DNA of 64,000 nt from the NCBI RefSeq assembly GCF_006345805.1, contig NC_043004.1:67766001-67830000 (forward strand), given 5' to 3'. Under the pieces are notes generated by a model. The model saw only the letters and a program-made list of their open reading frames with translations. It searched no databases and was not told the origin of the DNA. The stretch's first letter is position 1, and each line of letters opens with the position of its first letter. The stretch comes from Octopus sinensis (Eukaryota). The position numbers and the translations under genes are program-made. This document shows, one piece after another, positions 39,625-54,329 of this stretch.

Positions 39625-39770
39625 TCAACGACCTTAGAACCATAATTTCCTCGACCATGAAAGGATAAAAAGCAATGTAGAGCTCGGTAAATGTTGAACT
39701 AAATGCCTTGAGTGTCAAAATAAATATCAAAACAACGATTCATCCGACGCTCTAACGTCGCTGCCAATTC
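39625..39770 (-). mobile_element. Highly decayed SINE family A
   Basis: ATGAAAGGATAAAAAGCAATGTAGAGCTCGG and GACGCTCTAACGTCGCTGCCAATTCG resemble 21470-21585. Confidence 0.5.
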
Positions 39771-40369
39771 GATAAATGGAAGTTCTTAAAATGGTTTGAA
39801 AGTGTGTTTACACTCCCTAATTTTCTGATGGACATGTGGGCAAAATACTAATCTAATTTATAGGCTTAACAGTAATGTTCAAAATTGATTCAAACTTCAA
39901 TTAGTTGAAACTATATTTTTGAGTTATTTCTATATCGTTTAAGTGTAAGACATGTCCTCAGTTACGTCTAGAAACCTTAATTAAGTGAAATACAAATATA
40001 AGAGCTGAAAACTCATGGGAAATTATATCCGGATTTGATATTTGATCAAATAGGTTTATGTACATAAATTACCAGGGATTGAGAAGTACTTTACACATAC
40101 GCTCTCGCTCACTATCTCTCTCTCGCTCACTATCTCTCTCTCTCTCTCAATCACTTTCTCTCTCATTCTCACACACAAATACATACGTAGGAACTTCATA
40201 TCTAAGTACATATCAATTCAATTAGAAACAGGTAAAGATATATACAAACATACATATGCATATATGTATATATGTGCTTATATATACATATGTGAATATG
40301 TGTGTGCATGCGTATGTGTGTGTGTGTTTGTGTGTGTGTATGTGTGTGTGTCTATGTATATTCCAAGGT

Positions 40370-40590
40370 TACAAGAATGCATCGAGCCTGGCGTGTCCTA
40401 CAAATGAGGTTCAATACCCAGCAAGAATACAATGGCATGTTTACTGACTCCTGGGTAGAAACCAGAGGGCGGTGATTAACCTTATGAGTTGAGCTTCGCA
40501 AATGTGGCACAAATTGGATTCAAGCTCCAAACCATGGCAATGATCGTGAAATATGGAAGATCATAGCGACCAGTTCGTGAGAGGCTGGAT
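40370..40590 (+). mobile_element. Possible decayed LINE C-terminus (RTE-like)
   Basis: ELRKCGTNWIQAPNHGNDREIWKII loosely resembles the EL..G.SW..A.DR..WR tail of RTE-clade ORFs. Weak. Confidence 0.3.
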
Positions 40591-40637
40591 GAACCAGATA
40601 CATATACGTGGACAGACAGATCGACAGACAGAGAGAC

Positions 40638-40675
<38 letters not shown>

Positions 40676-42110
40676 TGTGTGTATTGTGTGTGTGTGTGTG
40701 TGCGTGTGTGAGAGAGAGAGGTAGACAGGCACACAGAGATGGTGAGTGTGTGGGGCATGGTCACTTATAAAGTTAAAGAATACAGGGAGAATATCGTTTG
40801 AGATTTCATTGAAGTTACCGGTACAAACCCCACAGTGGATTTCCATACAAATCTTGTTTCTCCAAATTTTCGCACAAGGTACGGGTTGATCGGAGGTTAT
40901 AAAAAATAATAGTTTCAATTCATACTGTGTCCATCAGTAATTGCGCCAAATATTCATGTATCTGAGGATTTATAAAGAAATAGGTAACCCAGTTGGTCGA
41001 ACAACTAATTTCTCTGTACCAAGAATTATATAGCTCGAATTATTCCGTCACTTTTTTTATGGTTTGCATTATTTTAATTTCTATTTATAACGTTCATATT
41101 GTGAATTACAGACGTATGGGAATTGCCTGGTAATTCTAGCAAGCTGAATGACCGAGTCATAGCTTCGTTGACTGGATGGTACATAAATTATAGAGAAAAA
41201 AAAACAATATAAAAATTGTGTCGATTTAACACTTTTCCGTATGTGATACAAAAATCATCTCAATTGCAATATGTGCCACCTCTCAAGACAGTGATAGGAT
41301 ATTTTTGAATATTCCGTTTTTTTTGTGTATGTGTGTTTATTTTTATAGTTTTTATTTGTTTTAACGTGATAAATGCTGTATTGTAACTCCTTATCAACGT
41401 AGAAGTGCGAAAACGTTATGAGTAATGTCATATGGGAATTTTAGACATGTGGCACTTCGATAAAAGCATAAATCTGGTGAATAAAAAATGTTTCTAAGAA
41501 ACATCCCAAAGGAATCTGAGAAACAAAATGTAAAAATTCCTCTTAGACACTTGAGATAAACATCTATAAGTTTATATTCTGCAGATAATACTTGTTAAAT
41601 TATGAGAGTTGTGAGTATGGTGTATATATGTTTCGGAATAGTTTTATTGTGTAGATACACAAAAATATACATACCGAAACACTGTCACCAACACATAAAT
41701 GTATAGAAAAATACTGAGGATACCGAGGAAATCACAGATAAAATCAAAGAATTTAGTATTGGAGTAAAACAAAAATTTTGTTGATGGAAGATAATGCAAA
41801 AGTTAGAAAGCAGAAGAATATATTAACTTCAGAAAAGCACTGATGGAGATGAAATGTGATGGAGACGGCAAGAGAGTGAATGGATGAAATTATAAATATA
41901 TCAGTAGAGCACCGAATAGAGAAAGGAACAGTAACATAAAGAAGTAATGAGATGTGGATGCTGGAGTAAAAAATACAGGGACCAGGGATCGTATATTATT
42001 AAGTTTCGGCCTGGATTCGAGATAATATTTGATAAGAATGCTTGAATGTGTGGATATGTGAATGAAAGAATGCTTGTATGCATATATGTATAGCTGTGTT
42101 TTTCTATAGC

Positions 42111-42143
<33 letters not shown>

Positions 42144-42176
42144 CTATCTATCTATCTATCTAATGATCTATCTAAT

Positions 42177-42249
<73 letters not shown>

Positions 42250-42394
42250 TATATATTTATATATACATATAATATACACACACATATATATATATATATA
42301 TATATGTATGTGGTAAACTCTACATTTGACAAACGAAATTTGCTACGTCAAGAATCACCATTCACAAAGAGCAAATACGTCACCCACATACAGA

Positions 42395-42720
42395 CAGTTA
42401 AAGGTGAGTGAACAATGGAAAGATGTGCCAGAATCTTAATCCCGATTTCCAAATATTTCCCTTTATCAATGTTCACAGACACCACAAGGCAACAAAGGCT
42501 GAATAAGAGATATTTTCATCATACTAATTTCTCCCCCACTAAATATGAACACACAACTCAATACAGAACACCACTAACTCTTCATCAATCACGAACCCTA
42601 TCTAAACTACTACATCACTCACATCTCTAATTCCAGAACTACTTACCTCCCTTACAATAATCTTTTCTCAGGAACTATTAAACCTGACACCGTATATTAA
42701 CCGGTGTTGTTCAAACGATG
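42395..42720 (+). mobile_element. PLE 3' fragment (end of GIY-YIG and downstream region)
   Basis: RCARILIPISKYFPL..TTRQQRLNKRYF parallels the 18110-18250 part of the large PLE (DTCANNKTPSFRIFP...). Confidence 0.55.
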
Positions 42721-42961
42721 AATAGCCTTCGCGTAAACTATGGTTCGTTTTTGGTTCTCTTACTTTATTATCATCTTATAATCATCTCATAATAATGACC
42801 TTTATGACTCGTATTACTACCTCAGTCAATCTAAATGATATATTTGTCACTACCTGTCATAAACCAGCCTTTTTCTATTTGCAATATGCATTTCGTTGAT
42901 TTTTTAATATTTAACCCTTACATTCCACGTGTATTTTATCTTTTCCTTTCGTAAATATTTC

Positions 42962-43022
<61 letters not shown>

Positions 43023-43106
43023 ATATATAATATATATATAGGTAATATAGAATATATAGACAGACAGGTCCATAAATGAGAAGATAGATAGATAATAGAT
43101 AGATAG

Positions 43107-43176
<70 letters not shown>

Positions 43177-44369
43177 TGGATACACACACAGATGCGAACG
43201 CACATATACACACATATAAACCTATATATATTATATATATATATATTATACGAATGGCTGGATGCGTTTAGCGCACAACAGTTATACCATTCGTCTCTCA
43301 TTGTCAATCAGATTAAACTTACACCGTTATATGTTCACACGAGACCCTGCGCATTCATATGTGGGCTGTAACGCAGTACAAAGAGCACATCGATAAAGAG
43401 TCAAGAGGTCACGGCTTGAACTTGTTGTTTCGTCCGTTATGTATATTTCGATATTCAGTAACACATGACGCTCTAGATGCAAATAGATGACCTTCAAAAT
43501 AACTTAGCGATTCCATGTGTGTGTGTATGCTTATGTGTGTGTGCGCGCGCATATGTCTATGTATGTATACACACGCACATCTAGTTTAATTTGTGGCGAC
43601 CGAGACACGTTTGTCACCTACAAAGCACGTTATATAAAACAAATAATAATATTCAGATTCAAATTAATACGCAGAGCCAGAAATATGCATCACTATATTA
43701 AGCATGAATGTACTGTTATCTAGGGTGGAATGCTCCGTCTGTCTCATCAACCACAATATTTAGCTGGAACACTTGTTTACGGACTCTGCAAGGATAAACG
43801 AATAAAAATTCGCTAGAATTTTCTCCATAGAATAATATATAGGGAAATTATTACAGCTGTAAGGAATATTATTTGATACTTACACATTTATTTGCAATTT
43901 ATTTCTATGTTAAGATTAATAATCGCTCTTATGCTTTAGACCAGTGATGCATATACATGGGACATTAGTTATAACTGTATTTTTAGCAAAACGGATTACA
44001 GAATTTCGAAGCTAAATTTATGCAGATTAAATTATTCACGATAAATTTATCCAGATTAAGTCACAGACATTGGTCTGTTCGAGCGAAGTTAAGCAGATCT
44101 TTCCAACAAATATAAGAGGATATTTGTATATGCATATTTTCGATTCTGTTTATTGATTTAGTGAATATGTGAATTACAACGTTTCACGTAAGTTGCAATA
44201 AGACTAAAACATGCTTAAAATCGCCATAATGTCTGCAAAATATGTAATAATAGTTCCTCGAACACCACTGAAATCTTTCATTTGCTTCTAGCATTATTTT
44301 GCTGTTGTTAACAGGACAAATTCTTTGGAACTGCAAGCCTATGTAACAGGAAGTGAATTATTCTGACAC

Positions 44370-44650
44370 GACAGAGTTGGTACCTATATACACTGAAAGC
44401 TATGCTAATACTATGGAATAACGACAGAAAAAAAGATGACATAAGCACTACTATGGGATATGCCAATACACACAGATAGCAAGTAAGGCAAATAGGCCGG
44501 ATACAGTTGTCAGAGATCATGAAAAATAAAAATGCTTTCTAATCGAAGTATCAATACCAACAGATGACAACGTTTCTCTAAAAGAAATGGAGAAACTTTC
44601 AAAATACAAAGACCTGCGAATAGAGGTAAGACGAATGTGGAGTCTAAAAC
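44370..44650 (+). mobile_element. R4/Dong-type non-LTR retrotransposon C-terminal fragment (RHD motif and restriction-like endonuclease)
   Basis: *HDRVGTYIH*KLC*YYGITTEKR, LWDMPIHTD, NRPDTVVRDHEK*KCFLIEVSIPTDDNVSLKEMEKLSKYKDLRIEVRRMW: PD-(D/E)xK signature. Confidence 0.88.
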
Positions 44651-46182
44651 CATTTTGTGTAATGGAAAAAGGACATGGTCCATAAAATACTAGTGGGAGG
44701 GGCGAAAAAAAGGTGGTCTGAAACCAGGGAGTTGTCCAGAATGTTTGCAACAGTACAGTGAGATTGTTTGTTTTTTCTAATAGAGAGAGAGAGAGAGCCA
44801 ATACGCCCAATGTTGGTGGAAAGTTGGGAGAGCAGTTCAGTTCATCACTCAAGTTGACCAGAGCGAGATTTCAAATCAGAACCCAAAGATACGGGACAAA
44901 TAACAAATGACATTTGTTTAATGACGCATGCTTCCTAAGGTCTCAACTCACCAGTTCGCCAATTAATCGAACCTAAGGCATACACGCATTATCTGAAACC
45001 TCATCATACTAAAATCATTCCACAGTACACAACTATTGTATTCATAGTTTGTGAAGTATGTTGAAATAATCTACAGCAGTATTACTCCTTTATTTTATAA
45101 AAGACATCTTTCGACTTCGATATAACAACAACGTTGTCTACTCTTTTGAATGACCTCTCTGCACTGCTAGCTCACCTAATTGATCCCCTAGGATCATGTT
45201 TTTAGTCTCTCCTATTTATATCAATTTTTCCAAACTACATATGCCACAATCCTCAAGCAGCATCCTTACCTTAACAGAATTCTGAATCCCTGAAATCCCT
45301 TATGTCGTCAAATACTATCTACATGCTTCAACATACATCATTTCAAAATATACAGTAACAGGAGTGAAGACGTGGATTTTGTAGAATACTATACATTATC
45401 TATGTGTGCATTCTCTGCTTTTCTGGGTATTACAGAATATAATATGCGAAACAAAATAATGCCGCATTATTGTGAATCTGCGATTACAATATTGATAACA
45501 TTTCGCTGCAAATAATGTGCACTTGAAACAAACTCAGTGTACAGCTCACCTCAAATATCTTACTGTGACATTGAAATTAGTTCTATACTTCAATATTTTT
45601 TCTGCCTACGAAAATGTGTTTTATATATTTACATTTGTTAGCTTACGAAATTCTTCAAGGAGTTTAGGCGTAATGATATCATTTTTGCACGGAGTCTTCT
45701 ATGTTGGTGAACATCTAATCTAATAGAAATTTCACAAGTAATTTTGAAGATAATAGTTAGGTAATTGAATTTATTTCAAATATCATAAGTGCTAATAAAT
45801 TTAGTGTTATCTTAGTCATATACATTTCAGTATCTTTTGTAATTTACTTTGCTCTCTAGTAAAATATAATGAAATATTGGCAATAAGATGTAAAATTGTG
45901 ATGTAATAAAACGCGTTAAACATACACCACTACATAGACATTTTAGTGAGGCAATTCCATATTGACATATTCACCATCAACGCACACACATATACACGTA
46001 CCACACGTACATACACACGCCAACACAAACACACCCATATATATAAACATATATATGCGTGTGTGTGTATAAAGAGAGAGAGAAATAGTAAAGTAGATAG
46101 AGAGACAGACAGACAAATAGACAGACAGGCAGACAGACAGATAGATAAATAGATAGATATATAGATACATACATACATACAC

Positions 46183-46313
<131 letters not shown>

Positions 46314-46708
46314 CAGATATGAATGTATGAATATTCTGTTGTGTCTGGGGAGAGTCCTTCTCTTTTAGTGCCTTATAATTTAACACACTCACCAGTAAAA
46401 TTTCCATTTATTTACTTTATTTTTGTAAAATTTTCGTTGCTTCTTGCCACGTTTTAATAGTTGTCGACAAATCCGCATTTGCCTTAGAATTCAAAATTAG
46501 TTACTCTCACAGCGTTACATAGCCGTACCTTTTTGTGTTCTATTCACAGAATAATTATGGTGACTTTAAATGTCATATATTTTGTCTTTGATATTATAGA
46601 CACTCGCAAAAAACCTGTTCAGTGTTATTTTTTCTTGTTTCATTGACTGATTTTGAAGAAAAACAAAGTATATTTTAACGTTAGGGATACACCAATATTT
46701 CCATTTGT

Positions 46709-47032
46709 GGAGGTGCAATGGCCCAGTGGTTAGGGCAGCGGACTCGCGATCGGAGGATCGCGGTTTCGATTCCCAGACCGGGTGTTGTGTGTGTTTATTG
46801 AGCGAAAACAACTAAAATAAAAGCTCCGCGAGACTCAGGCATAGGCTGGTGGTGCCACCTGTTATATTCTTTCGTAATAACTTTCTGTCACTCTCTCTTC
46901 CTGTTTTATTGAGTAACGCTGCGATGGACTGGCGTCCCGTGCAGCTGGGGTGATCATATACGCCACAGAAACCGGGAAAACGGGTCCATGAGACTGGCTA
47001 GGCTTCAAAGGGCGACAAAGAAAGAAAGAAAA
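46709..47032 (+). mobile_element. tRNA-derived SINE, family E, with a V-domain-like segment
   Basis: A box TGGCCCAGTGG, B box GGTTTCGATTCCC, GCGATGGACTGGCGTCCCGT (V-SINE-like, from memory of the consensus), (AAAG)n tail, imperfect TSD AATATTTTTCCATTT/AATATTTCCATTT. Confidence 0.82.
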
Positions 47033-48525
47033 AATATTTCCATTTAAACGAAATGCTTCTCAGTACAATTGCTTATTATATTTAAAATCTTGTATACGCT
47101 TTTCGGGAATTATATTACTCTCGGCTTCACTAGTGACCAGCAATGTTTGAACTGCCTGCTTCACTTCTTTTCTGTTGGAGATCAGCAACCACGTATTCGA
47201 AATGTGGAGTAAAAGGGTGAGTATCCAGAGCAAATATGTCAAGACTCAGCGGTGCACACAAGGATGCCTGATATATAAGTTGCTGAAAAAATTCAAGTTT
47301 AGCATTTACTATATCGCTCTATTTTGGCGATCAGCTAAGTTACCTAGACGTCAAACTGGTTGCCAAGCGGTGGGGGGAACCAACACGAACACAAAAACGC
47401 ACTCACATACATATAAATATGAATAGACACGTGTTCGAAGACGAACGAATGTTCTAATAATAATGACGAAGTAAAAAAAAAAATCTTTTTTCCAAAATAC
47501 TGGTGACTTCTTTTCTCAATATTCAATATCTGTTCACCACTTTTAACAATCTATCCATACACATATAAAATAGACTCTAATTGAAATAAGGTTTCCTCAA
47601 AATTAAACATATCTAATATAATAAACGTGAATGTGTCCCCTACTGCAACTTTAATTAATCTTTTCTACTGGAAGCACAAGGATTCAGATTTTGGGGAAGG
47701 AATTAAGTCGGCTTCAACGACCCCACTACGTAACTGGTGCTAGTTTTATTGGCCCCGAAAGCATGAATCAGAGAGAGAATCAGACGGCGGGCTTCCATAG
47801 AGCTACCGTTTACCAAGTTCACTTACAATGCATTATTCGGTCTGGGGCTATGCTAGAAGATTTTTACACAAGGGTCTGCGAAGTTGGACGGAAAATCAAA
47901 GTAGAAGGCTGCAAAGCACGTTTTAACATCGTAACCACACCAGCCTTAGGAAAATACATAAAAAAAATATACGAATGAGAAAATCATCGATGCAGCTATT
48001 GTGAACAATGTTTTTCTCACAACAAGTCGGTCAGGAAGTACAGCTGCAATAGTAACATTCATCAGAGGGAAAAAGGAGAAACCTCAACGGAATCCCTGTA
48101 CACCAAATAGCAATTCTAAACAGGACCAACTTCGGCATCAACAACAATTCTACAAATTAAATATGCACAACGAAACAATAAATTTATAATAACAACAACG
48201 AATATACACGAAAAAAGCTAAAACCAAAACATATAACAATAATTTAAAGCAAAGTGCGAAAAGAAATACATTCTGAAGAAAATAGAAAGCGAGATTCTAG
48301 AAATTAATAGACTTGAGTATTTTAATGATATTGTCTTGTGCGTGAAGTTAAATCTCTGCTTTAATTCATTAAGACTGTCGAATTAAACATAGAATATCTT
48401 TAGAATATATATTGTTTTAGCTGTAAATTTAATTAACATTTTGAAAAGGAAATTTCATGTTAGTTTTTGTAGGGAAGGTTATTAAATTACTATTCTGTAT
48501 GCATACATTACATGCATAAACACAA

Positions 48526-48573
<48 letters not shown>

Positions 48574-49005
48574 TATATATATATATACACTCATACATAT
48601 ATATGTATGCATGTATATATATATATTATATATATAGATATAATATATATATATATACACTCATACTATATATGTATGTATGTGTGTGTATATATATTAT
48701 AATATATATATATATATATATATACATGCATGCGTGTGTGTGTTCGTGCATTTGTACGCGTGTTTCAATGTTATTTCGTTCACAAATAAATATATAGTGG
48801 TTTATTATTATTATTATTTTTATCTATTTCCGTTTGCATTTAAATTTTTTCTCCTCGTTCTTGTTTGTTGTTGTTGTTTTGAGTTCTGTGCATATTTCTT
48901 GAGTATTGCTTTTTTACATTTTCTTTAACCACCATACCTGAGTGTTTCTTCCCTCTATTGCTACTTGTGTCTAGTGCATGTAAGCATATGTACATATATA
49001 TCAAC

Positions 49006-49037
<32 letters not shown>

Positions 49038-49069
49038 GATATATATATATATCATATATACATACTACA

Positions 49070-49106
<37 letters not shown>

Positions 49107-49150
49107 CATATATATATTACATATATATATATACATATACATATACCTAT

Positions 49151-49185
<35 letters not shown>

Positions 49186-49806
49186 CATTATATATATGTC
49201 TACATATTTATATATATATATATATGTATATATGCCAAAAGATCGTATGAATACTTATGCACGTATCCATATATATGCGTGTTCTATGCATACGAATGTG
49301 TGCATGAAAAATCTTGCGTGTTTGCTATTAATTTGCGTGTATTATTTTTTGTAATTTTATTTTTGTTTATGCAGTGTGTAAAGAGTCATGTGGTCTGTAT
49401 GTGTGTGGATAGAGGAATCCGGTGAATTTCCACATTCACTGACGTACTTGCATATGTTGGCTTAGGAAAATAATTTATATCTCCATGCGCGCACAAAGGA
49501 GGACATCAAGCTTAACACACACAAGCACGCGCACACACACGCGCACACACGTATACACACACACATGCGCACACGCACGTACGCAAACAAAAACATACAC
49601 ATATCTACATACATATATGTATATGTTTGTATGTGTGTGTGTGATTAAAGATATATATATATATGTATATATATATATATGTATATTCATATGTATATAG
49701 ATAGACAGATAGATATATAAATAGATAGATACATAGATAGATACATAGATATGTAGATAGGTAGATATATAGATAGATAGATAGATATATAGATATATAG
49801 ATATAT

Positions 49807-49842
<36 letters not shown>

Positions 49843-49872
49843 GTAGATAGATAGATAGATAGACATACAGAC

Positions 49873-49924
<52 letters not shown>

Positions 49925-49925
49925 G

Positions 49926-49973
<48 letters not shown>

Positions 49974-50160
49974 TAGTTATATATATACGATATTTATGTA
50001 CCCATCTGGAAGTCTACGTGGTGTTCCATGCTTAAATCTATGTGTATACTTGCCTACCATTGTCTCTAAAACTCTATATTTTACTGGAAATATTAGTGAC
50101 GAGGCTCTTTCCCGACTGAGTCTTTTTACGCATAAATGTTCCGAATTGAATGTATGCATA

Positions 50161-50236
<76 letters not shown>

Positions 50237-50352
50237 ATATATATATACATATATATATGTATATATATATATATATGTATATATACATAATATATTAATA
50301 TAATATATATATATAACGTATACATATATATATACATATATATATATGTATA

Positions 50353-50392
<40 letters not shown>

Positions 50393-52714
50393 ATATATAC
50401 ATACATAGTATATATACAAACATATACATGTGTATGCTTTGGCGTATCTCTATATATATATGCATACACACACACATATATATATATATGTATGTATGTA
50501 CATACATACATATGTATAAATATTATATATGTGTGTCTAAGCGTGTGGGATGTGTGTGTATATGTGTTTGCGTGCCTATGGGGGGGGGCGTATATCTGTG
50601 TATGCGTGTGTGTGTGTGTTGTAGCTTTATATATATATATATCTATGTCACAATGAGGAAGATATCTGTTTTCTCTATCTAGGAATATGTCTTCCACAGT
50701 AACCACATTTATTAATTTTTCTAGTCAGTTTCCTTCATCATGTCGCTGCCACGAATGTTTAATATCCGAGTTATGTGTTGGTATGTGTGTTTCTCCCGAA
50801 GTAGTTTTTCTTATTTGTTCTCTGAAATTTTTAATATTTATAGAAGAAAGTCATAAAATATCTAAAATAAAAATAATTAGTTTGAAAAATTGCCTCATTT
50901 ATTTAAAACAAAATTAATTGCTTAATGACATCACGTAATTTAATTTGTTGTTAAAAGCTCAGTCGCGGAAATTTCATTCGTTTAATGCTGTTAACGACAG
51001 GTCAGTATTTCAAATTTGCAAATGTACCTGACCTTTTGTATTGATTACAATAGAAGAAGGTCTTTATGCAAAACATTAGCCAAATGTAGACATGCTGTGC
51101 TACAAAAGAATAGAAGTCAATTATTGTGTTTCATAATGTTCATTATTATGAGATTTTAATTAATTGATTTTAAATATTTTAATTAATACAAAAATGATGT
51201 TTTCGAGCATAGTTCAAAAGTTTAAAATTTAAATTTTGTTTTACCGAATGTCACGAGTATAATTTATTCTTACTTAATTAGAAATACAGAACCTTGAATC
51301 AAAGAGGAGAGAGTTATACCTTTGCATAAGACACAAGTCTATTGTGTGTGACTCATTAACGGTTACGGCTGTACGGTTAACCACTTCATTTCTCAAATGC
51401 ATATTTCCAGCTTAATTCCACTGCATAGTAGCTTGAGCGTTTCTCTGCTACTTTAACCTCGAAAAGACCTGTATTTTCAGAGATTTGGTAGACGGAACTC
51501 AATGGAAGTCTGGAATGTTTGTGTGTGCGTGTGTGTTGGTGTACACATGCGCATAGGTTTATGTGCGTGAATTTATGTGTGAGTGTGTATGAGTGTCACT
51601 CAATTTCATGGACTAAACTTTTGAAGACCACGCAGCAGTTCCACCATTTTCTCCTAACTGAAAGAAGAGAAGAAAAGAATAAAGGAACGCATCAGTTGGA
51701 TTGCTATGTATCACATTATATCTCCAAGCAATATAATGGCAAAGCTTTCGTGATTTTGAAAATATATTATCGACTGACAATTTCTGTAATAGTGTGCCTA
51801 TTGAAGCAATTGATTTTTTTTTCAAAAGTTCGTGTCTGCGCTAAGGACTTCACATATATAATTGAAATAAACGGATTTCAACTAGATTGGAAGATAAGGT
51901 TTCAGTTGTTAGATCAACTGAATTTAATGCTCATTACATTAGCATAAAAGTGGGTGAGTATTCCAGAGTTGAGTGTACGGATAAATTAATTTTCAGATAC
52001 AGTGGACATTGTATGTAAGCATGCATTCAATTTCAATTACAAGTAAAATCTGCCCGATGCCCTTCCGTATAGATTCCTTCTCATCAATTTCACTTACAAT
52101 GATTTTTGCCGCCTTTCTAAAAAAACAATGTGGTTGGTTGATGGCAGTCTCGTGATCAAACGATGGTTCTGCTTTTTAAAATAAAGTGGCTTAGAATTGC
52201 TTTGTCTTTAAGAACAGTGTTCTACATTGCTAGGGTGCGTCCATGCTTACACCGTCAAGCCAGAAAGAGAAAAAGGTGCGACCACTTCGATTGGGTGACC
52301 ACGAGAGTAACAATTATAAGCACGCATGCGCAGAAGGCAGTGTGACAATAATAAAGATATGGCAAAAAGTGCAAATAATTTTTGACTGCCTCTCGTATAT
52401 AAATATATTCAGATAGGTAAGTATATATAGATAGATACATAAAAACAGATATACGTATAAATATATATGCATATATATATATATATAAATATATATATAT
52501 ACACATATATGCACAAATATGCATAATTATTTGTGTGTGTATGTGTACTCACACGTAAGTACATACATACACACAGACTCACACACAACACATACACATA
52601 TGATGTACCGATCCGTGAAAGAAAATTCAACAAAATAAGTACCTAATCGAAGTTTGAGTTTGATCGCACCATATGTATCGATGTACATGTTATTTTATTC
52701 TTTCATTATTTTAA

Positions 52715-52943
52715 TTGTTTCAGTCACCTGACAGCGGCCATGATGGAGCAACGCCTTTAGTCGAGAGAATCGACGCCAGAACTTATTCTTTGTAAGTCTA
52801 ATAGTTACTCTGAGGGTCTGTCTTTCCGAACCGCTACGTTATGCGGACGTAAACACACCAGCATCTGTTAGGGGAAGAAACACAGACACACAAACATACA
52901 TACACACATACGAATACATGCATACATACATGCACACACACAC

Positions 52944-53012
<69 letters not shown>

Positions 53013-53140
53013 GACGGGCTTCTTTCAGTTTCCGTCTACCAAATCCACTCAAAAGAATTTGGTCGAGTAGAAGACACTTGCCTTGGATGCCAAGCAGTAG
53101 GACTGATCCCGGAACCATGTAATTTGATAATCAAGCTACT
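52715..53140 (-). mobile_element. SINE family B with long 3' extension and internal microsatellite
   Basis: Collinear with 60012-60331 and 62246-62616; head region is the reverse of 3611-3780. Confidence 0.85.
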
Positions 53141-53292
53141 TTATTTCATAAAATTTGTCATCATAGAGAGTACAAAGAGTGTGTAGCTTTGCGGGCTGGA
53201 CAAACACATTAATGAATGAAAATGAAATAGAATGAATAAATGAGAGACGAAACCCAACATCCGCCGATTGGATTTTTCTCGAAAACATTTTC

Positions 53293-54325
53293 TTTTTTTT
53301 TTTAATCAATATGAGGTTTCAAACAAGAAGGAGGCACTAAAACCTCTTATTTAACATGTCTTTGAGGGTTTTTTTAAACACACAATTGAGATTATAAACC
53401 ACTACAAATAAAACAATATGATGAGGTTTCAAACCCTATAACGAGGGTCTTTCACCTCCTACTCTTCGATATATCCATCGATATATTCATCATTATCTTC
53501 AATGCCGCTTGAGTTCCTGTATCCCGCCATTTCCGATGCTTCACTCATGTAGGGCATGTAAGTCGTGTAAGGGCCACCCGGCCATATGCGACACTCCTCC
53601 CCAAATCCTTTAAGCCTTCCCCACAAGGGAAACCTTATGACCTCCACAGCTATCTGCGGAGGCCATTCGGGATCCCGTGTGAAGGGCATATAGAAAAAAG
53701 ATAATTAATTGAGCATCTTTAAGGGTGGGGTTGTTTTCTTCCACCGTGGGTGGCACAACTTCGGGGCATGCAGACGGCACATCATCTCCCCGCTGAGATG
53801 ACCCGTTCGTCTTCCTTCTTTTTTTTTTCTTTTCTTCCTGACTTCGGGAGAGTGGAGCTCTTCCGCTTTGTCCGGAGACTCTCCCTAGTCTCCCGAAGCC
53901 TTAGGTTCCTTCGGCGGGCAACTATTGTTGCCCGCCTTCTTCGTTTTTAATCCTTTTTGAGTTGAGGAGGTTGAAGCCTCCTCGACCACATCCACCTCTC
54001 CCTTTGACCGGGTAGGGGAGGTGGGATCTGGTGACTGTTCCAGGACTATACCATGGTCCTGGGGCAGTTCCTTTTAATGTGGCCTGGCTGCAGGCTCGAG
54101 TGACACTTGGGGGGACGTCCCTCAAGTATCACCGGATACCTGAGGCCAGCCATTTTCAAGAAATCTGGAAAAACCAGATCTGTTGCGGCCTTCCCAGTCG
54201 ACCGCCGGCAATACCCTTACATTTAAGAGCCTGGGCCCGCCATCCACCAGTCCCCGTCGGATGGTTTCTTCGGATGGTTTCTCCGCAGTTGCGGAGACTG
54301 GCGACGTACCGTAAGAGAGGGAATA
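53293..54325 (-). mobile_element. L1/Tx1-type ORF1 fragment (zinc knuckle) running straight into a 3' UTR and poly(A)
   Basis: GLRYPVILEGRPPKCHSSLQPGHIKRNCP (CX2CX4HX4C with the second Cys read as Ser), low-complexity S/E/K tail, acidic C-terminus ..DEYIDGYIEE*, then ~155 nt UTR and an A11 run (plus-strand T 53293-53303). Confidence 0.72.
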
Positions 54326-54329
54326 CAAA

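Noticed and set aside
50094-50130. GTGACGA-GGCTC..GAGTC, resembling a hammerhead core and helix II
   Set aside because: Followed by TTTTTAC rather than GAAA, and the first core base is G.
52240-52400. Minus-strand open frame ending at a good gtaagc donor
   Set aside because: Its upstream part is a mariner-like terminal remnant (TACGAGAGGCAGTCAAAAA) and no acceptor was found.
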